Shown here: positions 22,801 to 32,611 of the stretch, piece after piece
Layout: each line of letters starts with the position of its first letter
Numbering within the stretch: the stretch's first letter is position 1
DNA from: Histomonas meleagridis 2922-C6/04-290x
Taxonomy: Eukaryota > Protista > Parabasalia
NCBI GenBank assembly: GCA_020184695.1
Contig: JAANOX010000241.1
Coordinates: forward strand, 62,001 to 126,000
DNA: 64,000 bases
Direction of reading: 5' to 3'
The notes under the pieces: generated by a model
Database searches by the model: none
Told to the model about the DNA's origin: nothing
What the model saw: only the letters and a program-made list of their open reading frames with translations
Translations under genes and position numbers: made by a program

Positions 22801-25800
22801 AATTCATTTTTGTGATTTTGATGTTGAATTCCATTTTGTATTAAAATTCCTATAATTTCAGCTGGCTGAATTAAATTTATGGAAAACTTTATTGAGAAAT
22901 TCTCATTAAGTAATTCTTGAATTAAACTTATTGCAAGTTGTGCATCTTTCCATTTATAATCTTTAGTTGTTCGAGTACCGAAAACGAATTTTATTGGAAC
23001 ATTTTCTTTTATTGATATTAAATTAAATAATTCTTGAAATGTATAATTATGATTCGAATTATTAACTTGTTCGTTAATTAAAACATTAAAATATTCGTCA
23101 TATGAAGGAATTAATAATATGAATTGAAGAATTTGATTAAAAATCTTTAAAAGTATTTCGGGTTTTATAGAATTATCATGAATAATTTTTATAAACTCTT
23201 GATAAATCATTCTCAAGATATGTGTATAATTATGTTTTGTTTTAAATGAAATAAAATGAATAATTAAATTTATTGGAAAAATTGGATTTTTATTTAAATC
23301 GATTTGTATTAATTTAATATTAAGTAATACAATTAATTGTATACATTTATTAATATTATTTGTTATTAATGTTTCTTCATTAGGACATAAATGTAATAAA
23401 AATAAAGTTAATGAAGTTTCTAATAAATGATTTTTACATAATATTATATCATTATCTCTAATTAATTCATCAATTAAATCAAAATAATAAGTAATTTTAT
23501 CATTATCTAATTGAAGTATCGATAATAAATATAAAGGAATTAACTCAGTATATTTTAATATTTTCTCACTAGAATGAACTCTTTCAATTAAACAATTACA
23601 TAAAATCTCTACAAATTCAAGTGTTATTAATTCAGGCTTAATTGAAGAAATTATTCCAAGTGACCAATCTTTTAATGAATGTGATTTTAATAAATCTTTA
23701 TCTATTTCTAAAAATAAAACAAAAATATTTAAAACTTTTGTAATAATAAAAGAATTATCGATAGTGAATAATGTATAGAATGATTCAAATGTATTATCTT
23801 TTTTAATATAATCCAAAAACAATTGATTTTTCTTTTGTAATAAAAAGATTACATATGATAATACTTCTTCAATAATTGATTTATTAGATATATTAAAACA
23901 ATATGATATAATTAAAGGAATATCATTTTCTAAAAGTATTTTATTTGTCATTTGTTTAATGACATCCCAAAAAAATAATCGAATTTTACCACATTTTGAT
24001 GGCCTTTTAGCTTCAATTTTATTTTCTTTGATATTAATTTTCGGTTCATTTACTAAACATATTAATAAGTTTTCATTTTCATCCCATAAATATAAACTAA
24101 TTGATCGAATAATTTTCGAAATAGTAAAATATGATTTCTTTACTTCCGTTGAATTTGTATATTTTTCAATTAATTGATAAAATGATTTATATATAAATAA
24201 TTGCGTTTCAATTGGCAAATAAATCCATAATTGAAAGTTAAACAAAATCGAATTTATCATTTTAGAACTTAATTTTGTTATTTTAATTGACTCAAATAAT
24301 TTACAAAGTCCGTCAACAACTTTTAAATTTAAGTTTTCGATTGATATAATTTTCATTAAAAATGAAAGAATTTTAAACCCGTTAATGTTTAAGAAATTTC
24401 GTTGTTGTTGATTTGAATTTTGAAAAATAGAAGTTAATAAGTCTAAAAGATGTGGTAGAAAGTTAATATCTGTTTTATTACTTTCTAATGTCGATTGTTC
24501 TATTTGTCCAAAAAAAGGTAAAATTGCTGCAACGCCTCCAATTGTATCTAACATTGAAATTGGCCTTAAAGAACAATAGTTTATAGATTGACCATTAATT
24601 CTAGCTGTTGTTGGATTTTTTAAATTTACAGCAAAGTTACGAAATGTTATTGATGCATTAAATAACATTAACATATCATTCGATAAAGAATTTAATGAAT
24701 TTTTAACTTTCGGATTTGAAATTTTATTAATTTCTGATTTGGTAAATGAGTTTATCGGATATTGTGGGATATTTATTAATACTTTAAGTTCTTCTGTGTT
24801 TAATTTATGCTTATAGAAATATAACGAATATAATTTACATGGTAAGTTATGACATGCTTGAAAAAGTATAAAATTATTTTTAAATGAAATTGATGGAAGT
24901 TTTGAATCTTTCGCTGTTTTCTTTTTGTCAAATATCATTGATATTGATGTTGGTGTATATAAAAATATTAATTTACACCATTTGTTTGTTGTTATTTGAC
25001 CAGGAATATTAATAGATGTATTTAACTTTTCACTTTTAACTATGAAATTAAAATTATTTTTAGAAATTATAAGTTTCATTGTTTCTGTTTCATTAGAAAA
25101 TTCAAAAATTGTTCCATTGATAATATCTTTAGTAAAATATATATCTAAAGAAAGTGTAAACCCATTCACATTATTAAAAATAGAAATGGGTACATAAGGA
25201 ATTTGTAAAAATGAATCAGGTTTTGTTAAATCAAAAAATGCTGAAGGAAGTTCAGAATGAGGTTGAAAAATTTTATTTAATGTATCGACAATTTTTATTG
25301 TAAAAGATGGTCTAATATGACCTGGAAGTGAAGCACAAAGTCTAAATAATGAAAGACAATCTTTATTTTTTAATGAATATAATGAAATGTGCTCGAACAT
25401 TTTGAGAACTATATCGAAAAGTGGTGTTGTTGAAGGTTTTGTTCTAAATTCAAACAAATAATTTAATAATTGTGAAGGAAATTCAGACATTCCTATTTTA
25501 AAATTACTATATTCATCAATTTCAAGACATTTAGAAATGAAATGAATAAAATTCTTCAATTCGTTTTCATCTTTTTTAAATATATTAAACATAAGTGATA
25601 AAGGAGCTGGATTTTTAATTTGACGAATTTGATTTATATTTAAATCATCATCAAAAACAATTTTCCATAATAAATTTAATACTTCTTTTTCATTTTCATC
25701 ATTTAATAAATGGTATAAATTTAAAAACACATCGGAATCAAATGAAATTGTTAATGTTGTTGAATTAGTAAATTTCCCAAATAATTTGATATATAAAGGT

Positions 25801-27734
25801 AAAGTTTCATAAGCATTAATATTAATTGCGATATTCATTAAGAATTCGATGAAATTTGTCTTAATTAAAATATGTGTAAGTTCATTCGGATTTAAATCAA
25901 AGCTTATTAAAATAGAATTAAGTAAAACTTTTAATGTATTATGATTAAATTCAAATGAATTAAAGAATTTTAATATAAAGTCTAATGATTCTGATGAAGC
26001 AGAAAGTTGTTGAAATGCAAATTCTAATTGAACGCCAACAAAATCTAAAGTTGACTCATCATAAAGATGTGATAAAATTACTTTAATATAATCAATATCA
26101 GTGAAAAAATATTGGAAAACTAAATTTATTGAACTTATTTTATCGACAAATTTTAAAACTTGAATTCGAATATTTTTATATTTTTCTTTATTTTGTGAAT
26201 GTAAATACATTAATTCACCTAAAACAGATGTTAATTTCTTTGTGAATCCAATGAATTTACAAGCTCTTATAAACACATTTGAATTTGTTACAGCACAAAG
26301 ACAAATAGTATCAAATAATTCAGGTTTAAATTCAAGTTTATAACATTTTTCTAACATAAAGTCAATTATATCAACAATGAAATATGGAACTTTCGAATGT
26401 ACTTTTTCTGTTAATGAAATAATTAAATTATATATAAAACTTTCTATTTCATTATTATTAATTTCTAAAAATGTTTTGTAAAAATTAATTTCATGTAATA
26501 AAACAGATATCTTTGCTGAATCAGTTAAAATAAATTTACGAATCCAAGCGCATAAAAAAAATGGAGTTACTTGAATAGAAAAAACTGATTTATCTTCAAT
26601 AATATATTTAATTAAATCAATTCGTGTTAAAATTTGTTTCTCTTTCGGTTGAAGATCATAAAGTTTTGACAATAATTTAATTATTATATTTATTCTTTTG
26701 TTACCAGAAATTGATTTTATTGATGAAACTGTTGGAATTGTTTCGAATATTCTTTCTTGCTTTTGTAACACTTTAAAGTCAGTAGAAAAAGTTCTTTCAA
26801 TTGGTTTATCAATTAAAATATAATTTCCAGTTAGTTTTGTATTATTATTCAAGTTTTGTGGTTTGTCTTCATTTTCCATTTGGAAATTTATTGATTTTAA
26901 TGAAATTGTTATCCATTTTATAATATATTCGATTCCTTCATTAGTAAATAATAAATTTAAAACATTATTATCAAGTTTTGAGAATGAAATAATTAAATTA
27001 AAAGTATTATCACGTATTTCATTTGATATTTTTTCATTATTTACAATTTGAAATATTCGAAATATTAAATCTTCAATTTTTAATGATAAATATATTTCTT
27101 TAGATATTTTATTAATTATAAAATTTAAAATATTATTTAAAACTGTTAAATCAGAAGAATTAAATTCAGTATTCAAATGAATTGATAATAAACAACTAAT
27201 AAAATATTTAATAAAAATAGATGTGTTATCTGAATTTAAAATAATTTTCTTTTCTTTGATAAGTTGTACAATAATTTCTGCAATAGCAATAAAATCACTT
27301 GAATTGTTTTGTACGATTTTTGTGTTTTCATCAGAAAGAATTTGTAACAATAATGAAATACAATTTAAACATTGTTGATGAAATGATTGTGATGTTTGTA
27401 AATGAGATTGCATCTGTTGAACATATGATAAAATTTTGAATGGGTTTTTAATCTTTTTCTTTTTTAGGATATGTGAAAAAATAAATAATGAATATATTTG
27501 TCGAAAACAAATAACAATATTATCACTTGTTTTATCTATATCAAGGTATGATTGAAGATCTAGTAATAAAGATAAAATATAAATTCTTTTGATTTCATCT
27601 TGTTCATCATAAATTATTTTTTTAACTAATGTTAAATCACACGAAAAAAATGGTAATGTATCAGGAACCTTGAGCTGAAATATTTCTAGTATTTCATCGA
27701 TTTGCCGATTTGTTGCAATTTTTTTTGATTCCAT
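19893..27734 (-). CDS. BEACH-domain (beige/neurobeachin-like) protein with WD40 tail
   Basis: WVNGEITNFKYL...GRSYNDLSQYPIFPW, RDLSKPIG, FDCPDRLF, ELIPEFF, LPKWA, WIDLIFG. Start is 27734 or 27791. Confidence 0.95.
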   Translation of the reverse strand: MESKKIATNRQIDEILEIFQLKVPDTLPFFSCDLTLVKKIIYDEQDEIKRIYILSLLLDLQSYLDIDKTSDNIVICFRQIYSLFIFSHILKKKKIKNPFKILSYVQQMQSHLQTSQSFHQQCLNCISLLLQILSDENTKIVQNNSSDFIAIAEIIVQLIKEKKIILNSDNTSIFIKYFISCLLSIHLNTEFNSSDLTVLNNILNFIINKISKEIYLSLKIEDLIFRIFQIVNNEKISNEIRDNTFNLIISFSKLDNNVLNLLFTNEGIEYIIKWITISLKSINFQMENEDKPQNLNNNTKLTGNYILIDKPIERTFSTDFKVLQKQERIFETIPTVSSIKSISGNKRINIIIKLLSKLYDLQPKEKQILTRIDLIKYIIEDKSVFSIQVTPFFLCAWIRKFILTDSAKISVLLHEINFYKTFLEINNNEIESFIYNLIISLTEKVHSKVPYFIVDIIDFMLEKCYKLEFKPELFDTICLCAVTNSNVFIRACKFIGFTKKLTSVLGELMYLHSQNKEKYKNIRIQVLKFVDKISSINLVFQYFFTDIDYIKVILSHLYDESTLDFVGVQLEFAFQQLSASSESLDFILKFFNSFEFNHNTLKVLLNSILISFDLNPNELTHILIKTNFIEFLMNIAININAYETLPLYIKLFGKFTNSTTLTISFDSDVFLNLYHLLNDENEKEVLNLLWKIVFDDDLNINQIRQIKNPAPLSLMFNIFKKDENELKNFIHFISKCLEIDEYSNFKIGMSEFPSQLLNYLFEFRTKPSTTPLFDIVLKMFEHISLYSLKNKDCLSLFRLCASLPGHIRPSFTIKIVDTLNKIFQPHSELPSAFFDLTKPDSFLQIPYVPISIFNNVNGFTLSLDIYFTKDIINGTIFEFSNETETMKLIISKNNFNFIVKSEKLNTSINIPGQITTNKWCKLIFLYTPTSISMIFDKKKTAKDSKLPSISFKNNFILFQACHNLPCKLYSLYFYKHKLNTEELKVLINIPQYPINSFTKSEINKISNPKVKNSLNSLSNDMLMLFNASITFRNFAVNLKNPTTARINGQSINYCSLRPISMLDTIGGVAAILPFFGQIEQSTLESNKTDINFLPHLLDLLTSIFQNSNQQQRNFLNINGFKILSFLMKIISIENLNLKVVDGLCKLFESIKITKLSSKMINSILFNFQLWIYLPIETQLFIYKSFYQLIEKYTNSTEVKKSYFTISKIIRSISLYLWDENENLLICLVNEPKINIKENKIEAKRPSKCGKIRLFFWDVIKQMTNKILLENDIPLIISYCFNISNKSIIEEVLSYVIFLLQKKNQLFLDYIKKDNTFESFYTLFTIDNSFIITKVLNIFVLFLEIDKDLLKSHSLKDWSLGIISSIKPELITLEFVEILCNCLIERVHSSEKILKYTELIPLYLLSILQLDNDKITYYFDLIDELIRDNDIILCKNHLLETSLTLFLLHLCPNEETLITNNINKCIQLIVLLNIKLIQIDLNKNPIFPINLIIHFISFKTKHNYTHILRMIYQEFIKIIHDNSIKPEILLKIFNQILQFILLIPSYDEYFNVLINEQVNNSNHNYTFQELFNLISIKENVPIKFVFGTRTTKDYKWKDAQLAISLIQELLNENFSIKFSINLIQPAEIIGILIQNGIQHQNHKNEFIELAKEASFRVPKTDLLFGSLQNEMIEIFAGAIRSINLVNDIKTLEFIYEQTISFSNVLKNKYKINFISLESFEDFKAQQTLLSPIIEKAVSYENKVIKHFKSISQSLEKEIILISNEIPKYFNTSLGKADEQILLSKKSNVELELQQLMAIKRNENIKSMKKYKQIFNELSTENGPWQPLEISIENHRKLSKIICGFKRFFTKPNIEFTTHEDASFRRDKGKAVDAEEIYKSQLLLKQKMAEFKGDIALVTASKQTTNKLKSFTKMVIVKCNSRYVSFCNVYSGTLSLTQKCLIFESEEKFLRISLNLITKVYLRRYIMSDTAIEIFTKTKKSFFFDFSENQRELILKNLPTTVTYIQYKREDINKLVNKATEQWVNGEITNFKYLSKLNKYSGRSYNDLSQYPIFPWIISDYTSEELDLKSKSSYRDLSKPIGAINEQRLLQLQQNMENNQIGYLYNSFYSSAAVVINYMIRTEPFTTFHIDLQGGRFDCPDRLFNSIPQTWESVTTGPMDFRELIPEFFYFPNFLVNENKFDLGISSYDGSIINDVVLPKWAKNPQHFIHMNRQALESPYVTLTLPFWIDLIFGPKSRMPSSKSANNVFHPYYYESALETNDVNEIQLIKQYSTFFGTAPNQLYFNTPPNKCIVPQPFHHCLISINFDTLKVINCSPSKILATSCEGSVITIINEQFEFYKISSNSIKKGVLLVNYPSELQSFDQSDLHVVISNEYAVISLPFDSAFYIYKLNDDSKNVIEPLYVSRIHMKIISAMNIVGKYLITGGKDNVIRLWRITSNELSNVSLLPKHKSMIKVISICEKLKLFAAVSYDGYLSLTSLFGGRHLNAVKLNATNPSHIALSEYGIIVVAFNGLNKCYLCAVDQNLTIISEKKIKENINCWKLITWKDGCDYLLVITKDKKLILWRLPFFENTGIETVISYDVNFIEFRKKPASTILCDTNGNLHFADITEEFC

Positions 27735-27762
27735 TTGCTCGTCGCCCGTTAAAATTAAACGG

Positions 27763-29142
27763 ATGGAACCTTCCCCAGCAAAAAAGCGCACAATAAAAAT
27801 CGATTCATTGAAAAAAGTAAGAAGGGAATGGTATTTAGAAGATGTGCAGGTTCAGTGTGTCGAAAAAAAGGAAATAGATTTTCAATTCCAAATTTCTGAT
27901 ATATTAAACATGCTTGAAGCTTCAATGAAAGAAAATAATTTATGCGAAGTTGACAGAGCAATTACTTTTTTGACGAAAGCACTTGATAAACAAAATCCAG
28001 CTGTACAACAGATTGATCAAATTATAGATATTATTTTAAAAATATTTTTAAGCCCTCACCAAACATCAGTTATTCGAATTTGCAAATTAATTTACTTATT
28101 ATCTTATGATTTTCAATCCAAAATTATTTTTGAATTAATCAAAACAAGATTTCCAATATTTCTTTTTCTTCGTATAAAAACAAATCCATTTTTCATTGAT
28201 TTATTGCTGTTGATTTCTTATAATATTATTTATGATTTTGATGAAATTCTCCCTCTTTTATTCAAGAACGATAATTTTATTCAATGCTTTACAAATGTAA
28301 TCAAAAGTAAAAAATTAAATTTAAAAACAAAGAAATTGTCTGTGAAATTCTTAGTATTATTATCAACAAAACAACAACTTCAAAGAAGAGGGCAAAAATT
28401 TCTATTAAATTATTCACTTAAACAACTACAAAAACAAAATCCGATTTTTTTAGATAAGTTTTTACAAATAATCTTTAATGTTATTGATAATAATCCAACT
28501 TTTATCCCATTTTTATATCATAAAACATTTTTCTTTTCATTTCTCTGTAATTTAATAAACGCAACACAAGAAACTCAATTAATTCCAATTCTACTTTTCT
28601 TTTTTGGGAAATATATTGAAGTTTCCAAAGATATTATTCAGTTTCCATATGATAAACTTATAATTTTTGCAAATAGTCCAAATCCAAAAATTCATTATGC
28701 ATCTTTATGGGTAATAACAACTATTTTAAGCACCGGAAATGTTACATTATGTGAATCATTAGGCTTTTTCGAAATATATAAAGATGTTGTTCGGTTCGGA
28801 AATCGTTCGTGTAAACAAGAAGTGTTACTTGCAATTTCATATATTATCAAATATGGAACTGATGAGCAAATTTCGCATTTGTTAATATTTGATGTCGTCG
28901 AATTTGTTTTTAATTTTTTGGAAACAGATAACTTCGAAAATATCCAAATTTGTTTTACTATACTTTCAAAATTATTAAAATGTAAGTGCATTGACATTCG
29001 TAATATTTGTTGGAACCAATTCCATTTTTTAGATGGTGAATCTTTAATTTGGAGTATGATTGAAAACGAGGACCCTAAAATATCATTTCTTGCACATTTG
29101 TTCCTCTCATCGAACAAAAACAATTTTCTTGTTCACAATTGA
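27763..29142 (+). CDS. ARM-repeat protein, divergent importin-alpha-like
   Basis: Basic N-terminus (PAKKR, KKVRRE). C-terminal KQEVLLAISYII...EQI-HL resembles the last importin-alpha ARM repeats. Confidence 0.5.
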   Translation: MEPSPAKKRTIKIDSLKKVRREWYLEDVQVQCVEKKEIDFQFQISDILNMLEASMKENNLCEVDRAITFLTKALDKQNPAVQQIDQIIDIILKIFLSPHQTSVIRICKLIYLLSYDFQSKIIFELIKTRFPIFLFLRIKTNPFFIDLLLLISYNIIYDFDEILPLLFKNDNFIQCFTNVIKSKKLNLKTKKLSVKFLVLLSTKQQLQRRGQKFLLNYSLKQLQKQNPIFLDKFLQIIFNVIDNNPTFIPFLYHKTFFFSFLCNLINATQETQLIPILLFFFGKYIEVSKDIIQFPYDKLIIFANSPNPKIHYASLWVITTILSTGNVTLCESLGFFEIYKDVVRFGNRSCKQEVLLAISYIIKYGTDEQISHLLIFDVVEFVFNFLETDNFENIQICFTILSKLLKCKCIDIRNICWNQFHFLDGESLIWSMIENEDPKISFLAHLFLSSNKNNFLVHN

Positions 29143-29280
29143 GGCGCCATTCAAATGCATTCAAAAATTTGAATCATAACAAATTGAATGGAATTGAATG
29201 GGAATTCAAAATTGAAAGTAAAATTTTATGTTTTCAAAGACTTGAAGACTTTTTTCTTCTGGCCATCGATACTTCATTTT

Positions 29281-32200
29281 ATGAAATCACCACTCATCAC
29301 ACTATCACCAAATACTAAAGAGGAAGAAGAAAAAGTTATTGATTGTCTTATTGATTTACATGTTGAAGAATATAACATTGATCAAGTTAAACAAATGATC
29401 GAAAACTTTTTCCCAAACATAAATGGAAACACTGATTTCTTTATTCGGAAAGTGTTTTATAATTATGTCAATGATTGTTTTAATGAATATAAATCACAAT
29501 TATCTGATTTTATTCAAACATTAATACCAAATTGTAAAACATATCCACAAGTTATATGTATTCTCTTATTTTTAGTTGGAACAACTGATTTGAAAAATGA
29601 TATATATAAAGATTTCATTAATCATATCAATGAAGATATTATCTTAAGTTTTACTTCCGGATTTCATAAAATTTTAGGAGAAGAAGTTGATCATTTTGAT
29701 TTCTTATATATTATAAATCTTTTATCACAATTACCAAATGAATCACCAATCATTAAAGTCCTTGCAAAGAAGACTGGAAAGACAATTAACATTTTAAATG
29801 AACAATTCACTGAATATCCGAAAGTAACACAATCATGTTCAATCACATTTACTCAAGATGAAATCGAACAATTATTTAAGGAGATCACTAAAACACAATT
29901 TGAGTTATTAGAACCATTTTTAATAAATTTATTAAACAAATTTACATTTTGTATTAATAAATTTATTAAACTTTATCGGAAATTTGAATTAATACCAACG
30001 AAGCCAATTGAAATATTATTAGATAAATGTCCTTCACTTGATTTAAATGAAAAAGATTATTTATATATTGAGAAAATAGGAATTCCTTATCAATTACCAA
30101 ATGATGTTGATTCATTAATTGCATATTTACAAGATAATAAGAAATTAAATTACGCTGATTATACTTTTCTTGTTTCGAATTTTCAATATGTTGAATCAAT
30201 TTTGAAATATATCTCCAAAAGATATAATCATCTTTCAACCAATATGATTCACTTCTTAATAACTGCTTATAACAAGAATTCATTGATATTAAATAAATAT
30301 TTCGATTGCAAAAAAATTGATTCATTTGAATCTCCTTTGTTTTGGAATCGATATTTTGATAAAATAAAATATTATAACAAATATTCTTTCCATGGATTTG
30401 TTTTACGTTGTTCCTCTTGTAACGAAAATCAGGAAATTCCTGAATTAGAACTCCCAAAGAATTTAACAAATGAAATAAAAGAAATTGCAGTTACTTTACC
30501 AAGCAATGATTTTTTAAGAAATGTTCCAATTAAAGATGTATCAGAAGAAATTATAAACTTTTTCACATTAGCACAATGTATTTCAAATGAAAAAATATTT
30601 AATCAATATGTTCAAAATATGGATAAAAATCTCGCATTAACATTTTGTGCATTTGTTCATACCGATTTTTCAAGAAAATATTTCATGAACATTTTCATGG
30701 ATATTGCAAACCCAACTATATATGAATTAAATCTTTTAGATATAATTGGTGTTTTATCACATGATTTCAAATGTGATTTATTAAAATTAGATTCATATAA
30801 TTCTTATCAATATTTAAATAATTATCAATTACTTATTGCAATGAAGATTAATTTATTAAGAGATAAATATTATGTTGATCAAATGAAAGAATTAAAGAAT
30901 TATTTTGATCAAAATGATTTCATGATAAATAATCTTAGTAATTTTATCGAAAAATTCATCGAAAAAGAATTCAAAAAATCGGGCGATTATCTCAACTTCT
31001 TAAAATTATATTATGAAACATTTAATCCTAAAAAGAATATTGAATATTGGACACAAAAAATCGAACTTTGCTTTGATACAAACTTAACATTAGAAATGAT
31101 TTCATTCTTTTTAGATAAAATATTCCCAAATTATGATAAAAGTTTCGGAACAATAAATACAAAAGAAGAAGCAATTAAAATATTTGAAGAACATAAAGAA
31201 TTCAAAAACATTATCATCAAACATAAAGAAGAAATATTAACATTACTTCAAAGTCATCTATCTAAAAACTGGTTTTTCTTTATATTACTTTTCATCGAAG
31301 ATTTCAATTTCCAAAGAAAACGAAAATATATCACAAAGAAGAGAAATTATGAAACTATTGATGCATATATATTACGTGAAGATATCTTTAATGATACATT
31401 TCTCTTCTTTAAGAACACACCGAAAGAAGATTTATTTAATCGAATTCATATCGAATATTTAGGCGAAGAAGGTATTGATGCAGGAGGACTTCGCCGTGAT
31501 TGGTTTTATAATGTATGGAAAGAAATACTTAAAAAAGAATTATTCATACCAAATAATGAAGGAACAAAATTAATGATTAATCCAAACAACAAAGAATTTA
31601 ATAACTTTTATTTTGCTGGACAATTCATAGCTTATTCAATACTACAAAAACAAGTTATCGGAACAAACTTTATAAACGCAATATTAAAACAAATCCTTAA
31701 TAAAAAAGTTGAGTTAAATGATTTAATTGATTATGATTCATCGATTTATCAATCAATGAAATGGTTAACTACAAACTCAGCAGATGATCTTTATTTAAAT
31801 TTCACGATCAATGAATTCGAAGTTGTTGAAAATGGTTCAAATATCGATGTTACAAATGAAAATAAAAATGAATATATCGAAGAAGTCATTAATTTCATAT
31901 TCATTAAAAATGTTAAACAACAACTCGAACACTTTTTAAATGGTTTTCATTGTATTATATCAAAAGCAGAATGTTTAATATTTAATACAAATGAATTAAA
32001 TATATTAATCGCTGGAGAAGATAAAATTAATATCGAAGATTGGAAACAAAATACAAAATGTGAATCAGAAAACTTAAAGAAAATGTTCTTCGATGTAATT
32101 AGTAAATGGAATACATTAAATTTACAAAAGTTATTAAAGTTCGTCACTGGTTCCCCATATGTTCCAATAGGTGGGTTCCAATCTTATGATAAATATGGAG

Positions 32201-32355
32201 GGTTCTTTAAATTAAGCCCTTTAAACCCGTCAAAAAGATTGCCTGTTTCGCATACGTGTTTCAACTCAATCGAAATCCCAGAATATGAATCAAACGAAGA
32301 AATGGATGAAAAGTTATCATTGGCCATCCTTTGCGATAGTTTCGCAATCGAATGA
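29281..32355 (+). CDS. HECT E3 ubiquitin ligase
   Basis: YLGEEGIDAGGLRRDWF, LLKFVTGS, and LPVSHTCFN with the catalytic Cys. Confidence 0.95.
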   Translation: MKSPLITLSPNTKEEEEKVIDCLIDLHVEEYNIDQVKQMIENFFPNINGNTDFFIRKVFYNYVNDCFNEYKSQLSDFIQTLIPNCKTYPQVICILLFLVGTTDLKNDIYKDFINHINEDIILSFTSGFHKILGEEVDHFDFLYIINLLSQLPNESPIIKVLAKKTGKTINILNEQFTEYPKVTQSCSITFTQDEIEQLFKEITKTQFELLEPFLINLLNKFTFCINKFIKLYRKFELIPTKPIEILLDKCPSLDLNEKDYLYIEKIGIPYQLPNDVDSLIAYLQDNKKLNYADYTFLVSNFQYVESILKYISKRYNHLSTNMIHFLITAYNKNSLILNKYFDCKKIDSFESPLFWNRYFDKIKYYNKYSFHGFVLRCSSCNENQEIPELELPKNLTNEIKEIAVTLPSNDFLRNVPIKDVSEEIINFFTLAQCISNEKIFNQYVQNMDKNLALTFCAFVHTDFSRKYFMNIFMDIANPTIYELNLLDIIGVLSHDFKCDLLKLDSYNSYQYLNNYQLLIAMKINLLRDKYYVDQMKELKNYFDQNDFMINNLSNFIEKFIEKEFKKSGDYLNFLKLYYETFNPKKNIEYWTQKIELCFDTNLTLEMISFFLDKIFPNYDKSFGTINTKEEAIKIFEEHKEFKNIIIKHKEEILTLLQSHLSKNWFFFILLFIEDFNFQRKRKYITKKRNYETIDAYILREDIFNDTFLFFKNTPKEDLFNRIHIEYLGEEGIDAGGLRRDWFYNVWKEILKKELFIPNNEGTKLMINPNNKEFNNFYFAGQFIAYSILQKQVIGTNFINAILKQILNKKVELNDLIDYDSSIYQSMKWLTTNSADDLYLNFTINEFEVVENGSNIDVTNENKNEYIEEVINFIFIKNVKQQLEHFLNGFHCIISKAECLIFNTNELNILIAGEDKINIEDWKQNTKCESENLKKMFFDVISKWNTLNLQKLLKFVTGSPYVPIGGFQSYDKYGGFFKLSPLNPSKRLPVSHTCFNSIEIPEYESNEEMDEKLSLAILCDSFAIE

Positions 32356-32611
32356 ATTCAACTTCAATTTTGTTTTTGTTAAATGTTTTATAATATATAT
32401 TATTTTCGTTTTTTTCTTGTGAATTAATTTGAAAATTTTTTGATTAATTGAAATCGATTTTAAAATTATTGTCCCAAATCTCCACTTGAAAAAAACGTGC
32501 AATCGCCCTTTGACTTTATGCAAAAATTTTTTAAAACTTGGTAAACTTAATATTGAATTTCTTGATTATTTTTTACACCGTTTATTTTGTTAACGTTCGT
32601 TTGACATTTGA

